NCBI GenBank assembly: GCA_016649995.1
Contig: JAENWJ010000001.1
Span: 41,460 to 105,459, forward strand
Direction: 5' to 3'
From: Peptostreptococcaceae bacterium
GTDB taxonomy: Bacteria; Bacillota; Clostridia; Peptostreptococcales; BM714
Length of the DNA stretch: 64,000 nucleotides
A program made the translations under genes and the position numbers. This document shows positions 53,891 to 64,000 of this stretch, in pieces; the stretch's first letter is position 1; each line of letters opens with the position of its first letter. The notes beneath the pieces are model-generated. The model worked only from the letters and a program-made list of their open reading frames with translations. It was not told where the DNA came from and searched no databases.

Positions 53891-54580
53891 TCAACCTCTA
53901 CGATTATTTCTAAGGATTAAAAGGCGCATTAACTGTGCAAGCGAAACCGCGGCAGCAGCGACATATGTGAGGGCAGCGGCGTTGAGAACCCGTTTTGATT
54001 TATCCCTTTCCACAGTATTAACGATACCTAGATCTTCAAGCTGAACAAGTGCCCTTGAACTGGCATTAAATTCCACGGGTAGGGTTACAATCTGGAAAAG
54101 TATTGCAACTGTATACAGTATTATTCCAATGGTGATAAGACCGTACATTCCCAGAAATATTCCTGCGAATACCAATACCCATACAAACTTCATGCTGAAA
54201 CTTGCTGCAGGCGCAATCATGCTGCGAATGCTTAGGGGCACATAATTTTTTGAGTGCTGAATTGCATGACCCGTCTCGTGTGCTGCAACACTTACAGATG
54301 CTATTGAATTGCCGCGGGCTACTTGATCGGAAAGGCGAACAACCCTTTTCATTGGGTCGTAATGATCCGACAAATTGCCCGGTATAATTTCTACGTCTAC
54401 ATTCGACAAACCATTGTGGTCTAATATTGTTCTGGCTGTCTCATAACCGGTTACACCCTTTTGTGTAGGTACTTTCAGGTATTTTGAAAACGTGCTTTTA
54501 ACCTTAAATTGAGCATATATGGCTAATGCGAATGCGGGCAGCAGATAAACCAGCCCTTCAAGTCCATAAGGATAATACAT
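53891..54580 (-). CDS. membrane zinc metallopeptidase (Zn_peptidase_2-like)
   Basis: HETGHAIQH plus several TM helices. Start at ATG 54580 after AGGAGG; the track ORF start at 54646 would overlap fmt. Confidence 0.8.
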   Translation of the reverse strand: MYYPYGLEGLVYLLPAFALAIYAQFKVKSTFSKYLKVPTQKGVTGYETARTILDHNGLSNVDVEIIPGNLSDHYDPMKRVVRLSDQVARGNSIASVSVAAHETGHAIQHSKNYVPLSIRSMIAPAASFSMKFVWVLVFAGIFLGMYGLITIGIILYTVAILFQIVTLPVEFNASSRALVQLEDLGIVNTVERDKSKRVLNAAALTYVAAAAVSLAQLMRLLILRNNRRG

Positions 54581-54593
54581 ATAGTTATTCCTC

Positions 54594-55523
54594 CTATTTT
54601 CCGAAAATCGTACCGGTTTCGATAATATGCCCTCTTGCATATTCATCGGTGTACATGGCTTTTTTGTTTGGAAATTGAATGCGTGTAATCAATAGACAAT
54701 CGCTACCTGCTTTTACAAGAAACCCGTTATTGCACATTCGAATATAGGTTCCGGGAAGCATATTTGATTCGCATTCAACATGTTTGGCTTCCATAATTTT
54801 CATTTTAATGTTTTGATAGTAGGTATAAGCAACGGGCCATGGGTTCAATCCGCGTATTAGATTCAATATTTCTTCAGAACTTCTGCTCCAGTCGATTTCA
54901 CCTGTTTCTTTGGTCAGTTTAGGGGCGTATGTCGCAAGGGTTTTGTCTTGAACGGTTCTTACAGCCGTTCCTTTTTCCAATTGGGCAATGGCTTCTAAAA
55001 TAGCTTCCGCTCCGATAACAGCCAAACTATCATGAAGGCATCCGGCCGTATCATCTTTATTTATAAGAATTTCCCTAACAATAATAATATCTCCAGTGTC
55101 CATACCCTTATCCATCTTCATTATTGTTATGCCTGTTTTTTTCTCGCCGTTTATTATAGCTCTATGGATAGGGGCAGCTCCTCTATATGAGGGTAATAAA
55201 GAAGCGTGAATGTTGTAGCAACCAAGCTTAGGCAAATTGAGCATATTATCCTTAAGGATTTGACCATAGGCAACTACTACTGCTGCGTCGGGGTCTTTTT
55301 CTCTAATTAAATCAATTGCTGTTGATTCATTTACATTTTCCGGTTGAAAAACGGGGATACCCATTTTTATGGCATATTCCTTGACCGGTGTCATCTGGAT
55401 TTTCTTTCCTCTGCCTTTTCGCTTGTCGGGTTGAGTCACAACCATTGCAATTTCATGGTGTTTATGCAGCATCTCAAGAGCCTTTAAGGAAAAATCAGGT
55501 GTTCCAAAAAATACAATTTTCAT
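54594..55523 (-). CDS. fmt: methionyl-tRNA formyltransferase
   Basis: MKIVFFGTPDF and HASLLPSYRGAAPI. Confidence 0.95.
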   Translation of the reverse strand: MKIVFFGTPDFSLKALEMLHKHHEIAMVVTQPDKRKGRGKKIQMTPVKEYAIKMGIPVFQPENVNESTAIDLIREKDPDAAVVVAYGQILKDNMLNLPKLGCYNIHASLLPSYRGAAPIHRAIINGEKKTGITIMKMDKGMDTGDIIIVREILINKDDTAGCLHDSLAVIGAEAILEAIAQLEKGTAVRTVQDKTLATYAPKLTKETGEIDWSRSSEEILNLIRGLNPWPVAYTYYQNIKMKIMEAKHVECESNMLPGTYIRMCNNGFLVKAGSDCLLITRIQFPNKKAMYTDEYARGHIIETGTIFGK

Positions 55524-55531
55524 GTGCTCAC

Positions 55532-55981
55532 CTACTCGCTTTCCGGCGTTCCCTTGTCTATAAACAATATGCCGTTTAGATGGTCAACCTCATGGCAAAA
55601 AGCTCTTGCCAATAAGTCTGAACCTTCATATTCAACCATTTTTCCTTCTCTGTTTATCCCTTCGACTTTTACATTCAGGGGCCTTTTCACATTTCTAGAA
55701 ACACCGGGAACACTGAGGCAACCTTCAATATCGGTCTGTTGGCCATTTTCATATGTGATTTCAGGATTTATTAATTGAATAAGATTTTCGCCAATTTTTA
55801 TTACAATAGCTCTCTTCAATACACCGACTTGGGGGGCTGCAAGGCCTACTCCGTCTTCTACGTCCATGGTTTCAATCATGTCGTCAAACAGCTGATGAAT
55901 TCTTTCATCGATTTTTGATACTTCTCTTGATCTTTTGCGAAGAATTGGATCTCCTTCTTTTCTAATGGTTCTTATAGCCAT
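55532..55981 (-). CDS. def: peptide deformylase
   Basis: GLAAPQVG, EGCLS and HEVDHLNG. Confidence 0.95.
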   Translation of the reverse strand: MAIRTIRKEGDPILRKRSREVSKIDERIHQLFDDMIETMDVEDGVGLAAPQVGVLKRAIVIKIGENLIQLINPEITYENGQQTDIEGCLSVPGVSRNVKRPLNVKVEGINREGKMVEYEGSDLLARAFCHEVDHLNGILFIDKGTPESE

Positions 55982-55996
55982 TTTAATACCTCCAAT

Positions 55997-58156
55997 TTAC
56001 AAACAGCGGGCATCGAAATCGAATGAAATCTTGACTGCAGATTTTCTGAAAGCCTGTCTTTTGTTTTTATTTACATACTTTATTATACCCATAAATTTGT
56101 TAATATCAACCTGCGAGTACCTAGCTACCAGTTGATACTTATAACGGGACTTATATCTGAGATTATCATTTTTGCTTGGACCAAGAATTTTAATATTATG
56201 ATTGCTGACCGCCTTCTTAAGTGCAATACCGTAATCGTTTGCCATATTAACCACACTTGCCTCTTCGTCTCCAAATATATGGAAAATAGCCATGCGATAA
56301 TATGGAGGAAGCTTTAGTGTATTTCTGTAAAGAAGTTCTTCTTTGTAAAATGATTCATAATTGTTTTCAAGTATATGACGAATAGCCATTTGCTCAGGAT
56401 TATATGTTTGTATAAGAAGTTCATTTTGATTGAAACCTATTGATGACCTTATTCTCCTTACAAGTGAAAAAAACCTTTCGTTTGCGTGAAAATCCTGTCC
56501 GTAAAGAAACATGTCCGCATTTAATATTGAGAAAAGAACCGGTCTTTTGATAAGCTTGTTTTTGAGTATCAATTCAGTGGCTATTATAATATCATGTTCT
56601 CCGCTATTAAATTTATTAATTGAAGATTCAAGCGCTGAATATGTTTTAATACTTTTGTTGCTTAGGAAAAATACATTTGCTCCAGGAAGTCGGTTTGCTA
56701 TTTCAGTTTTTACTTTTTCAGGACCAATACCCAAATATCTATAGTAGTGGCTGCCGCAATCGGGGCAAACTGAATCCGCAGATGCGCTATAGGCGCAATG
56801 AGGACATCGGAGTAAGTTGTCTTCTGCATAGTAAGTAAGAGACAGCCCACATAAGGGGCATTTCCTAACATACCCGCAGGACCTGCATGCAACTGAGGAA
56901 GAATGGCCCTTTTGGTTCAAAAGCAATATTGTTCCCTGGCCTTTTTTGTAGGTATTCCTTATTTTCTCATCAAGAAGCATGCTGAACATAGTTTTATTTC
57001 CATGCCTTAGTTCCAGTTTCATATCAACGCAAAAGGTTTTGTTTGAATTGCCTATTACAATATCTTTTCCAATTAAAAGGGCTTTACTTTTCACATTCTC
57101 ATAGTATGATCTTATGGTTGGGCTTATATCGGAGTATATTAGCCGGGCATTGTATGAATCACTCAAAAATTCTGCAACTTCACTTGTGTGAAATTTGGGC
57201 ATCGTATCAGATTTGTGACCGTATTCACTTTCGTGGTCTACTATAATAAGTCCAAGCTTGTTAAATGGAAGAAAAAGCGAATTTCGTGTACCAAAAACTA
57301 GATTTGCTTTTTTTGTCAGAATGGAATCATGAATTGACTCTAAAGAAGAAGCTGAAAGGTTGCCATTGTATAATACAATGTTTATGTGGCTATACCTTTT
57401 AGAAAACAAATTAAAGAGTCCCTTTGCTTCAGAAACTTCATTTGAAATTACTAATATACATTCATTGCCTTTTACCGCTTCGTCAATGTAATGCAAATAG
57501 CAATTTTCACGGTCTGAATTATCGAGCATACAAAGGATTTGATTTGGAACGTGTTTTATTTGGTTTTGGGTATTGTTTACTGACGCTGATACTTTGTATG
57601 ATGTTCTATTTATAGAAATTAAATTTTTCTTTTCCATACTAGTAATCAATGCTCTGGAAACACCAGCTTCTTTGATAAATAAAGTTTCATCTAACGACTC
57701 GTTTTTTAAAAGATACAGAAGAGCTTTTCTCTGTTTCGTAGCATTTGGCCTAATTGCTTTGTCAATGGCTTCAGCACTATCAAGCAATGGCGAAATTTTT
57801 ATCATAATGCGAAAAGAAGGCTTAGAGCCTCTTATGAATTCCTGTGGCAAAATAGTTTTGATTGCCTGAGAATATGTACATATATATTTATTTCGCATCC
57901 AATTACATAACGCGATTTGTTTAATATTCAAAGCGTAAATGGGCGAAAATACTTCATTGATTATCTTTGTTTTGAAATCGGGAACATCGTTATGGATTTG
58001 AAAAACAAATCCCATGATGAAATTTTTGCCTTTCCCAAAGGAAACTGAAACTTTGCTGCCGCTTTTTATATCATCTTGCAGCGATTTCGATATTTCATAT
58101 GTGTAGAGTTTGTCCGTATCCTTGTCATTCCGAATTAAAGCTATATCGGCATACAT
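55997..58156 (-). CDS. priA: primosomal protein N' (PriA) homologue with degenerate helicase motifs
   Basis: 719 aa in the conserved coaBC-priA-def-fmt position. PriA-type N-terminus and a four-CxxC zinc region (CRSCG, CPLCG, CPHC, CPDCG). Where GxGKT and DEEH are expected, the sequence reads DNSDRENC and VDHES. Confidence 0.8.
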   Translation of the reverse strand: MYADIALIRNDKDTDKLYTYEISKSLQDDIKSGSKVSVSFGKGKNFIMGFVFQIHNDVPDFKTKIINEVFSPIYALNIKQIALCNWMRNKYICTYSQAIKTILPQEFIRGSKPSFRIMIKISPLLDSAEAIDKAIRPNATKQRKALLYLLKNESLDETLFIKEAGVSRALITSMEKKNLISINRTSYKVSASVNNTQNQIKHVPNQILCMLDNSDRENCYLHYIDEAVKGNECILVISNEVSEAKGLFNLFSKRYSHINIVLYNGNLSASSLESIHDSILTKKANLVFGTRNSLFLPFNKLGLIIVDHESEYGHKSDTMPKFHTSEVAEFLSDSYNARLIYSDISPTIRSYYENVKSKALLIGKDIVIGNSNKTFCVDMKLELRHGNKTMFSMLLDEKIRNTYKKGQGTILLLNQKGHSSSVACRSCGYVRKCPLCGLSLTYYAEDNLLRCPHCAYSASADSVCPDCGSHYYRYLGIGPEKVKTEIANRLPGANVFFLSNKSIKTYSALESSINKFNSGEHDIIIATELILKNKLIKRPVLFSILNADMFLYGQDFHANERFFSLVRRIRSSIGFNQNELLIQTYNPEQMAIRHILENNYESFYKEELLYRNTLKLPPYYRMAIFHIFGDEEASVVNMANDYGIALKKAVSNHNIKILGPSKNDNLRYKSRYKYQLVARYSQVDINKFMGIIKYVNKNKRQAFRKSAVKISFDFDARCL

Positions 58157-58255
58157 AATTGTATTAACCTCCCAACCAAAACAAAAGGAGCAGCTGTTTG
58201 CTCCTCTCTTATTATTGACATTATATTTCGCGTTGTTAACAACAATAAAAATGTA

Positions 58256-59458
58256 TTAATTTGTTGTTAACAGATTTTCGATTTCATCGAATATTCTTTT
58301 TGAGAGAACTCTTTTGCTCATTAGAACAAATTTTTTAATCTCGCCGCTTTTGAATATTAGAGTGGCTTTATTCATGTCGGATTTAAATCCGGAGTCTTTT
58401 ATGCTAATATCGTTTGCAATTATAATATCGAGTTTTTTTCTTTCCATTTTATCGGTTGCATTTGCAATTAAGTTTTCTGTTTCAGCAGCGAAGCCAATCA
58501 AAATTTGACCCGGGTTTTTTATTTGGGATAGGTTTTTCAGTATATCCGGGTTTCTTTCAAGTTCTATAACCAAATCATCATTTGTTTTTTTGATTTTCTG
58601 ACAGCTTGTCTCTTTTGGTCTATAGTCTGAAACTGCAGCAGATTTGACGATGATATCTGAGCTGCTGCAGTACTTCAATACAATATCGTTCATCTCAATC
58701 GCACTTTTTACATTGATGACTGTGCAGCCTTTAGGTGGGCTTATATGAACGGGTCCACTTACGAGTGTAACATCTGCACCTCTTGAAATTGCTTCGCTCG
58801 CCATTGCGTATCCCATCTTGCCCGATGAATGGTTTGTAAGATATCGGACTGGATCAAGCGCCTCGATTGTTGGGCCGGCCGTAATGAGCACTCTTTTGCC
58901 CTTTAAAGTCGGTTTTGAAGTTAAAGCATTCGCAATAACCTCAACTATGGCTTGGGGAGTTGCAAGCTTGCCAATACCATCGTCACCGCATGCTAAAATT
59001 CCGCTATCAGGCTCAATGAATTTATATCCCAGATTTTTAAGAAATTCAATATTTTTTTGCACAATTGGATTCAAATACATCTTTGAGTTCATTGCAGGTG
59101 CTATGAACTTTATTGCATCGGTTGCCATTACCGTAGTTGACAATATATCATCCGCTATCCCGGAAGCAATTTTCCCAATTATATTTGCTGAAGCCGGAGC
59201 AATCAAAATAACATTTGCAGATTTAGCAAGTGATATATGGTCTATTTCCAAGCTAAAAGTATTTGAGAACAATTTAGTATAGACAGGGTTGTTTGAAAGC
59301 GTTTGCAGTGTGCATTCGCCTATCAGTTTGGTAGATGACTCTGTCATTATTACTTTTACTTCGGCATTCATTTTTTTAAGGAGGCTCACGATTTCAGCAG
59401 CTTTGTATGCCGCTATGCTGCCTGTAACTCCTAGCACTACGGTTTTTCCATTAAGCAT
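58256..59458 (-). CDS. coaBC: bifunctional phosphopantothenoylcysteine decarboxylase / synthetase
   Basis: 400 aa with a flavoprotein N-domain (GVTGSIAAYK) and a DFP C-domain. Confidence 0.93.
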   Translation of the reverse strand: MLNGKTVVLGVTGSIAAYKAAEIVSLLKKMNAEVKVIMTESSTKLIGECTLQTLSNNPVYTKLFSNTFSLEIDHISLAKSANVILIAPASANIIGKIASGIADDILSTTVMATDAIKFIAPAMNSKMYLNPIVQKNIEFLKNLGYKFIEPDSGILACGDDGIGKLATPQAIVEVIANALTSKPTLKGKRVLITAGPTIEALDPVRYLTNHSSGKMGYAMASEAISRGADVTLVSGPVHISPPKGCTVINVKSAIEMNDIVLKYCSSSDIIVKSAAVSDYRPKETSCQKIKKTNDDLVIELERNPDILKNLSQIKNPGQILIGFAAETENLIANATDKMERKKLDIIIANDISIKDSGFKSDMNKATLIFKSGEIKKFVLMSKRVLSKRIFDEIENLLTTN

Positions 59459-59467
59459 GTCGCACCT

Positions 59468-59665
59468 CTATTTTTCGAGTTTAACTACATTGTATTTGTC
59501 ATGATAAAATTCATCGATTGCTACTGCAAGTGGTTTGTTTGTAGATTCTCCTTCATCTTCCGATTGCTCCTGAATTATTTCCCTAGCTCTTTTTGATGTT
59601 GCGATAACGAGAGAATATCTATTATCTGTCTTTTTTAATAAATCATTTACCGATGGATTAAGCAT
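59468..59665 (-). CDS. rpoZ: DNA-directed RNA polymerase subunit omega
   Basis: MLNPSVNDLLKKTDNRYSLVIATSKRAREI. Start at ATG 59665 after GGGAGGAAAAAG; overlaps the gmk end. Confidence 0.9.
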   Translation of the reverse strand: MLNPSVNDLLKKTDNRYSLVIATSKRAREIIQEQSEDEGESTNKPLAVAIDEFYHDKYNVVKLEK

Positions 59666-60296
59666 TTTCTTTTTCCTCCCTGTATTTATCAATGACATAT
59701 TTGATGTCCGCGTTGATTCTACATTTTTCTGCAATATATATTGCATTGATTATTTCAACAGCATTATCTATTTCATCGTTTATTATATAATAATTATACT
59801 CCTTAATAAAGCCAATTTCATTATATGCGGCTCCGAGCCTGTTTTTCATACTCTCAGGAGTTTCACTTCCACGCTTTTGAATCCTTTTTTCAAGATCTTT
59901 CAAGGATGGCGGTAAAATGAAAATATAAATCCCGTTTGGATATTTTTCTTTTACCTGTCTTGCACCTTGCATTTCTATTTCAAGCAAAACATCAATACCT
60001 TTGTTTATTTTTGACATTACAGCATCTTTTGTTGTTCCATACATATTTCCGTATACTTTTGCATGCTCAAGGAAAGCGTCTTCATCCAACAATTTTTGGA
60101 ATGAAGCAGGCGAAATAAAGTGGTAATTTATACCCTCTACTTCAGATTTGCGAGGACCTCTTGTTGTGGTAGACACGGAGGGGTATACATTTCTGTGGGT
60201 TTTTAAAAATTCCTTGCATATGGTTCCTTTTCCTGCGCCTGAAGGCCCTGAAACGACCATAAGCAAACCTTTAGAGGTGATATTGTTTATGTTCAT
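59658..60296 (-). CDS. gmk: guanylate kinase
   Basis: GPSGAGKGT P-loop and TTRGPR. Confidence 0.95.
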   Translation of the reverse strand: MNINNITSKGLLMVVSGPSGAGKGTICKEFLKTHRNVYPSVSTTTRGPRKSEVEGINYHFISPASFQKLLDEDAFLEHAKVYGNMYGTTKDAVMSKINKGIDVLLEIEMQGARQVKEKYPNGIYIFILPPSLKDLEKRIQKRGSETPESMKNRLGAAYNEIGFIKEYNYYIINDEIDNAVEIINAIYIAEKCRINADIKYVIDKYREEKENA

Positions 60297-60314
60297 AGCA
60301 ACTCCTCTATAATT

Positions 60315-61199
60315 TTATTCGATATTCTGTATTTGTTCCCTGATTTTTGATAATTCGCTCTTGAGTTCTATTACTAGGCTTGTTATTGTATTGTCCTGTG
60401 ATTTAGACCCCATGGTGTTTACCTCGCGATTCATTTCCTGCATCAAAAAATCCAATTTCCTGCCTATAGGTTCAGTTTCTGAAGGTATTTTTTCAAGTTC
60501 TTCCAAATGGGATCTCATTCGGACAATTTCTTCAGTAATATCGCTTCGGTCTGCATAAACTGCTACTTCTAAAGCAAGGCGGCTCTCATCTATCTTGGTT
60601 CCCGAATCCTTAAGCAACTCGTTTATTCTTTGATTAAGTTTTTCTTTGTATTCTTCCACTACATCAGGCACTCTTTTGTTAATTCCATCCACATATGTTC
60701 TTACAAAGCCCACTCTTTCCATGATATCGACAGAAATCCGATTTCCCTCATTCTGTCTCATCTCCATGAGATTAAGCAAGGCATTAGAAATGCATGATTC
60801 CAATTTTATCCATAACAAATCAAGATCTTCCTCAACTGGTTCTATTGTAAGGATATCATCAAATTTCATCAAGTGCTCGATGCCGACTGTTTTTTGTAAT
60901 TCGTATTTATTATTTATACCCTCAAAGGCTTCAATTAATTTGTCTAATAGTTCAAAATTGGGCTTGATTTGAACATCTCCGCCCTTTGCTTCATCTATGT
61001 GAACGTAGATTTCAATTCTTCCCCTGGTTATTTTTTCTTTAATTAGATTTCGTGCTTTTTCTTCAAACAAAGACAGTTTTTTGGGCAATTTTATAATAAT
61101 ATCGTTGTATTTATGATTAAGGGTTTTTATTTCGGCCGTTAAAGAAATGCCATCGTCCTTATATTCTCCTCTTCCATACCCAGTCATGCTCTTAATCAA
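60315..61199 (-). CDS. yicC: YicC-family stress-induced protein
   Basis: MIKSMTGYGRG N-terminus and the C-terminal DFLMQEMNREVNTMGSK motif. Confidence 0.9.
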   Translation of the reverse strand: MIKSMTGYGRGEYKDDGISLTAEIKTLNHKYNDIIIKLPKKLSLFEEKARNLIKEKITRGRIEIYVHIDEAKGGDVQIKPNFELLDKLIEAFEGINNKYELQKTVGIEHLMKFDDILTIEPVEEDLDLLWIKLESCISNALLNLMEMRQNEGNRISVDIMERVGFVRTYVDGINKRVPDVVEEYKEKLNQRINELLKDSGTKIDESRLALEVAVYADRSDITEEIVRMRSHLEELEKIPSETEPIGRKLDFLMQEMNREVNTMGSKSQDNTITSLVIELKSELSKIREQIQNIE

Positions 61200-61214
61200 T
61201 ATACCGTCCTCCTT

Positions 61215-62426
61215 TTAAAGTTTGAAAACGTCATGGATTTTTTCCGTGGCTGCTTTTACATCGCAGCTGTCAATTATTAGCGATATTGTCGTATTAGAAT
61301 CCGATGTCTGAAAGACATCTATGCCAATGTTGTCAAGCGAGTATAGAAGGCTTGACATAATTCCGGGGACTCCATGTATTGCTTGCCCTACAATTGTAAG
61401 CTTTGAGCATTCTCGCCGCAGATCATATTTAATTTTTAAATTAGCAAGAATCGAATCAGCGAGTTTTTGTTTTTCTTCGTCGATTGCAAAATATTGACTA
61501 TTCTTGCATAAATTTATCATATCAATGCTAATTTCATTTTCAGATAAGCGTTTAAGCAAATCAAGAATGGTAGAGCTTGATTTTACACTGAGATTGTATT
61601 GGATGAGTCCATCCTTAGAAACAATAGCAGTCAAAAGTTTCTCTTTAGAATATGGGGAATCAATTTCTTTTGATTCTGTTATCACTGTTCCATGAATACC
61701 GATTGGAGAAAATAAAGATTTTACAAACAATGCAATACCGTTTTCCTTAGCATAGGATACAGCTTTGAAATTCACGACTTTTGCCCCGCTTTTTGACATT
61801 TCGCATAATTCGTCATAAGAAAGAGTTTCAATTAAATGTGCTTTGTTTGTTATTTTGGGATCAGCGGTTAAAACTCCCGAAACATCCTTGAGTATATAAA
61901 CCTTTTTCATATTTAAGGATTTAGCCAAAACCACGGCAGAATAATCACTTCCACCTCGGCCGAGCGTTGTAAAAAAACCATTCGGATCTATGCCTTGGAA
62001 ACCGGTGACAATGACAATATAGTCTTTATCAATCCATTTGAGAATATTTTCAGGGTCCATGCTTTCAACATTCGCTTCTCTAAAGCGTGAATCTGTATGA
62101 ATTCCTGCCTGGCTGCCATTAAGAGCTATGGATTCATATCCCATTTTCCGTATTGTTTCAGATAAGATGGCTGCAGAAATTATTTCTCCGCAGGAAGCAA
62201 TCATATCCATGTTGCATCTTGAAGCATCCGGATTTTCGTCTATTAGCATATTTATAAGTGTATCAGTAGCATAGGAATCGCTTAATCTTCCCATTGCTGA
62301 AACTACTACAACAGGAGACTTTCCAGAATGCTTCATTTCTATAACCCTAAGTGCTGCGGCATGTCTTTGCTCAAATGTTTTTAGAGATGTGCCTCCAAAT
62401 TTCATTACAGCTATGTTTTCATTCAT
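61215..62426 (-). CDS. aspartate kinase
   Basis: VMKFGGTSL, an amino-acid kinase fold and two C-terminal ACT domains. Confidence 0.92.
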   Translation of the reverse strand: MNENIAVMKFGGTSLKTFEQRHAAALRVIEMKHSGKSPVVVVSAMGRLSDSYATDTLINMLIDENPDASRCNMDMIASCGEIISAAILSETIRKMGYESIALNGSQAGIHTDSRFREANVESMDPENILKWIDKDYIVIVTGFQGIDPNGFFTTLGRGGSDYSAVVLAKSLNMKKVYILKDVSGVLTADPKITNKAHLIETLSYDELCEMSKSGAKVVNFKAVSYAKENGIALFVKSLFSPIGIHGTVITESKEIDSPYSKEKLLTAIVSKDGLIQYNLSVKSSSTILDLLKRLSENEISIDMINLCKNSQYFAIDEEKQKLADSILANLKIKYDLRRECSKLTIVGQAIHGVPGIMSSLLYSLDNIGIDVFQTSDSNTTISLIIDSCDVKAATEKIHDVFKL

Positions 62427-62438
62427 GGTATGAATCTC

Positions 62439-62870
62439 CTAAATGCCGGTAGATCCAAATCCGCCGGTTCCTCTTTCGGTTTCGTCAATTGTCTCTACTT
62501 CAATCAAATCGACTCGCTCATATTTGTTTATTACCAATTGAGCAACTCGGTCGCCATTATGGATGGTGAACGGTTCATTGCTTAAATTTACTATCGCTAT
62601 TTTGAGTTCTCCGCGATAATCACTATCGATAGTTCCTATTCCGTTTACAAGGCTTATTCCATGTTTTATGGCAAGCCCGCTTCTTGCCCTTATCTGACCT
62701 TCGAATCCCTTTGGTATTTCAATGAAGAGCCCGGTTGAAATCAATGTTCTTTGAAGAGACTTAATAGTAATGGAATCTGCAAGAAACGCTTTTAGATCCA
62801 TACCTGCGGAATCCAATGTTTTATATTCCGGCAATTTGAAACTTGACTTATTAACTATTTTTAATTTCAT
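62439..62870 (-). CDS. dut: dUTP diphosphatase
   Basis: GTIDSDYRGE and a C-terminal GGFGSTG. Confidence 0.94.
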   Translation of the reverse strand: MKLKIVNKSSFKLPEYKTLDSAGMDLKAFLADSITIKSLQRTLISTGLFIEIPKGFEGQIRARSGLAIKHGISLVNGIGTIDSDYRGELKIAIVNLSNEPFTIHNGDRVAQLVINKYERVDLIEVETIDETERGTGGFGSTGI

Positions 62871-62949
62871 GCAAACTCTCCTTATCTTTTTTTATATTTT
62901 AGCATAAACAAGGAATGAAATGGTAAAAAAAAGCATGACCGAAGTCATG

Positions 62950-64000
62950 CTATGATTTTTTATTGTCATCTTCTTTTTCTAACAAGGCTTTTCTTGACAA
63001 ATTTATTCTTCCCATTTTGTCGATTTCTTTTACTATGACTCTTATTTCATCTCCAACCTTAAACTTGTCTTCAACTTTTTCGAGTCTTTCAGCTGTCAAT
63101 TGGGATATATGGCAAAGTCCGTCTTTTCCGGGAAGGAGTTGCACAAATGCTCCAAAAGGCATTATTTTTACAATCTTGCCATTATAAACTTCTCCTACTT
63201 CGACATCTTTAACAATGTCTTCTACGGATTTCAGTGCTTGTTTTCCGCTTGCTTCATCGGTTGCAGTTATCAAAACACGCCCGCTGTCGTCAATGTCCAT
63301 CTTGGCGCCGGTTTCGGCTATTATTCTGTTAATAACTTTTCCTCCAGGTCCGATGATATCTCGAATTTTTTCGGGATTAACCATCATGCTGAATACTCTT
63401 GGAGCATACGCTGACATTTCAACTCGCGGCTCTGAAATTATTTCATTCATCTTGTCCATTATAAATAGTCTTCCATCTCTTGCTTGTTTCAATGCGGTTG
63501 CAAGGATTTCGCGATTAATGCCATGAATTTTTATATCCATCTGTATTGCAGTGATTCCATCCTTTGTTCCTGCAACCTTGAAATCCATGTCTCCAAGAAA
63601 ATCCTCAAGGCCCTGTATGTCTGTAAGAATGGATATATCATCGTCTTCCTTTATAAGACCCATTGCTATTCCTGCTACCGGCTTTTTGAGCGGAACGCCT
63701 GCATCAAGAAGCGAGAGTGTGCTTCCACATACACTTGCTTGAGATGAGCTTCCGTTTGAACTCAACACCTCGGAAACCACACGTATTGCATATGGGAATT
63801 CTTCCTCTGAAGGGATAACTGGCAACAACGCTCTTTCAGCCAAAGCACCATGACCAATTGCTCTCCTGTTTGGTCCTCTCATAAAACCGGCTTCTCCAAC
63901 TGAGAAAGGCGGAAAATTGTAATGATGCATGTATCTTTTTGTTTCCTCAAGGCCTATGCCGTCGAGTCTTTGAGCGTCACCCAAGGCTCCAAGTGTTGTT
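62950..64000 (-). CDS. pnp: polyribonucleotide nucleotidyltransferase, C-terminal part (5' end outside window)
   Basis: Second RNase PH domain, KH domain (IGPGGKVIN) and S1 domain. The reading frame stays open to the window edge. Confidence 0.94.
   Translation of the reverse strand, partial: TTLGALGDAQRLDGIGLEETKRYMHHYNFPPFSVGEAGFMRGPNRRAIGHGALAERALLPVIPSEEEFPYAIRVVSEVLSSNGSSSQASVCGSTLSLLDAGVPLKKPVAGIAMGLIKEDDDISILTDIQGLEDFLGDMDFKVAGTKDGITAIQMDIKIHGINREILATALKQARDGRLFIMDKMNEIISEPRVEMSAYAPRVFSMMVNPEKIRDIIGPGGKVINRIIAETGAKMDIDDSGRVLITATDEASGKQALKSVEDIVKDVEVGEVYNGKIVKIMPFGAFVQLLPGKDGLCHISQLTAERLEKVEDKFKVGDEIRVIVKEIDKMGRINLSRKALLEKEDDNKKS

Overview
Chromosomal window from a low-GC Firmicute, Clostridia/Tissierellia-like judging by gene content and synteny. 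No database search was possible; every family call rests on motifs read in the translations. Bases 1-35.8 kb are an almost unbroken + strand housekeeping array: hisS', aspS, csoR-like, glyA, rarA, Rrf2-nifS-nifU-mnmA, T-box-alaS, ireB-ruvX, smc, ftsY, ylxM-ffh-rpsP-KH-rimM-trmD, cmk, plsC, ispH::S1, miaB, mutS, mutL, miaA, hfq. Bases 46-64 kb are an unbroken - strand array: purB, thiN, rpe, rsgA, pknB, stp, rsmB, Zn-peptidase, fmt, def, priA, coaBC, rpoZ, gmk, yicC, ask, dut, pnp'. The two arrays converge, which suggests the window spans the replication terminus. At the convergence point lie lexA (with an SOS box), a 370-aa XerS/XerH-sized tyrosine recombinase, and the one clearly accessory region. 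That region is an ~8.2 kb, visibly G+C-richer, all-+-strand island (37726-45961) bounded by 25-bp imperfect direct repeats. Its right copy is part of a 32-bp dif-like palindrome. The island encodes an HUH rolling-circle Rep, a 207-aa FtsK/HerA-type ATPase and two adjacent ~135-155-aa beta-rich proteins, the first followed by a strong terminator. It also encodes a fibre-like protein with three 29-aa tandem repeats, at least seven small membrane proteins, a C2H2 zinc-finger protein and a membrane-anchored glucosaminidase. It has no integrase, terminase, portal, tail or polymerase. My leading interpretation is an integrated small, tailless, probably membrane-containing virus-like element. It appears to have entered the chromosomal dif-like site by exploiting the adjacent host Xer-type recombinase (an IMEX). 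Inovirus-like, pleolipovirus-like or plasmid-like alternatives are not excluded. Secondary observations: a PriA homologue with all helicase ATPase motifs degenerate, a C9 tract at the 5' end of the ynbB-like gene, and absence of rplS after trmD.
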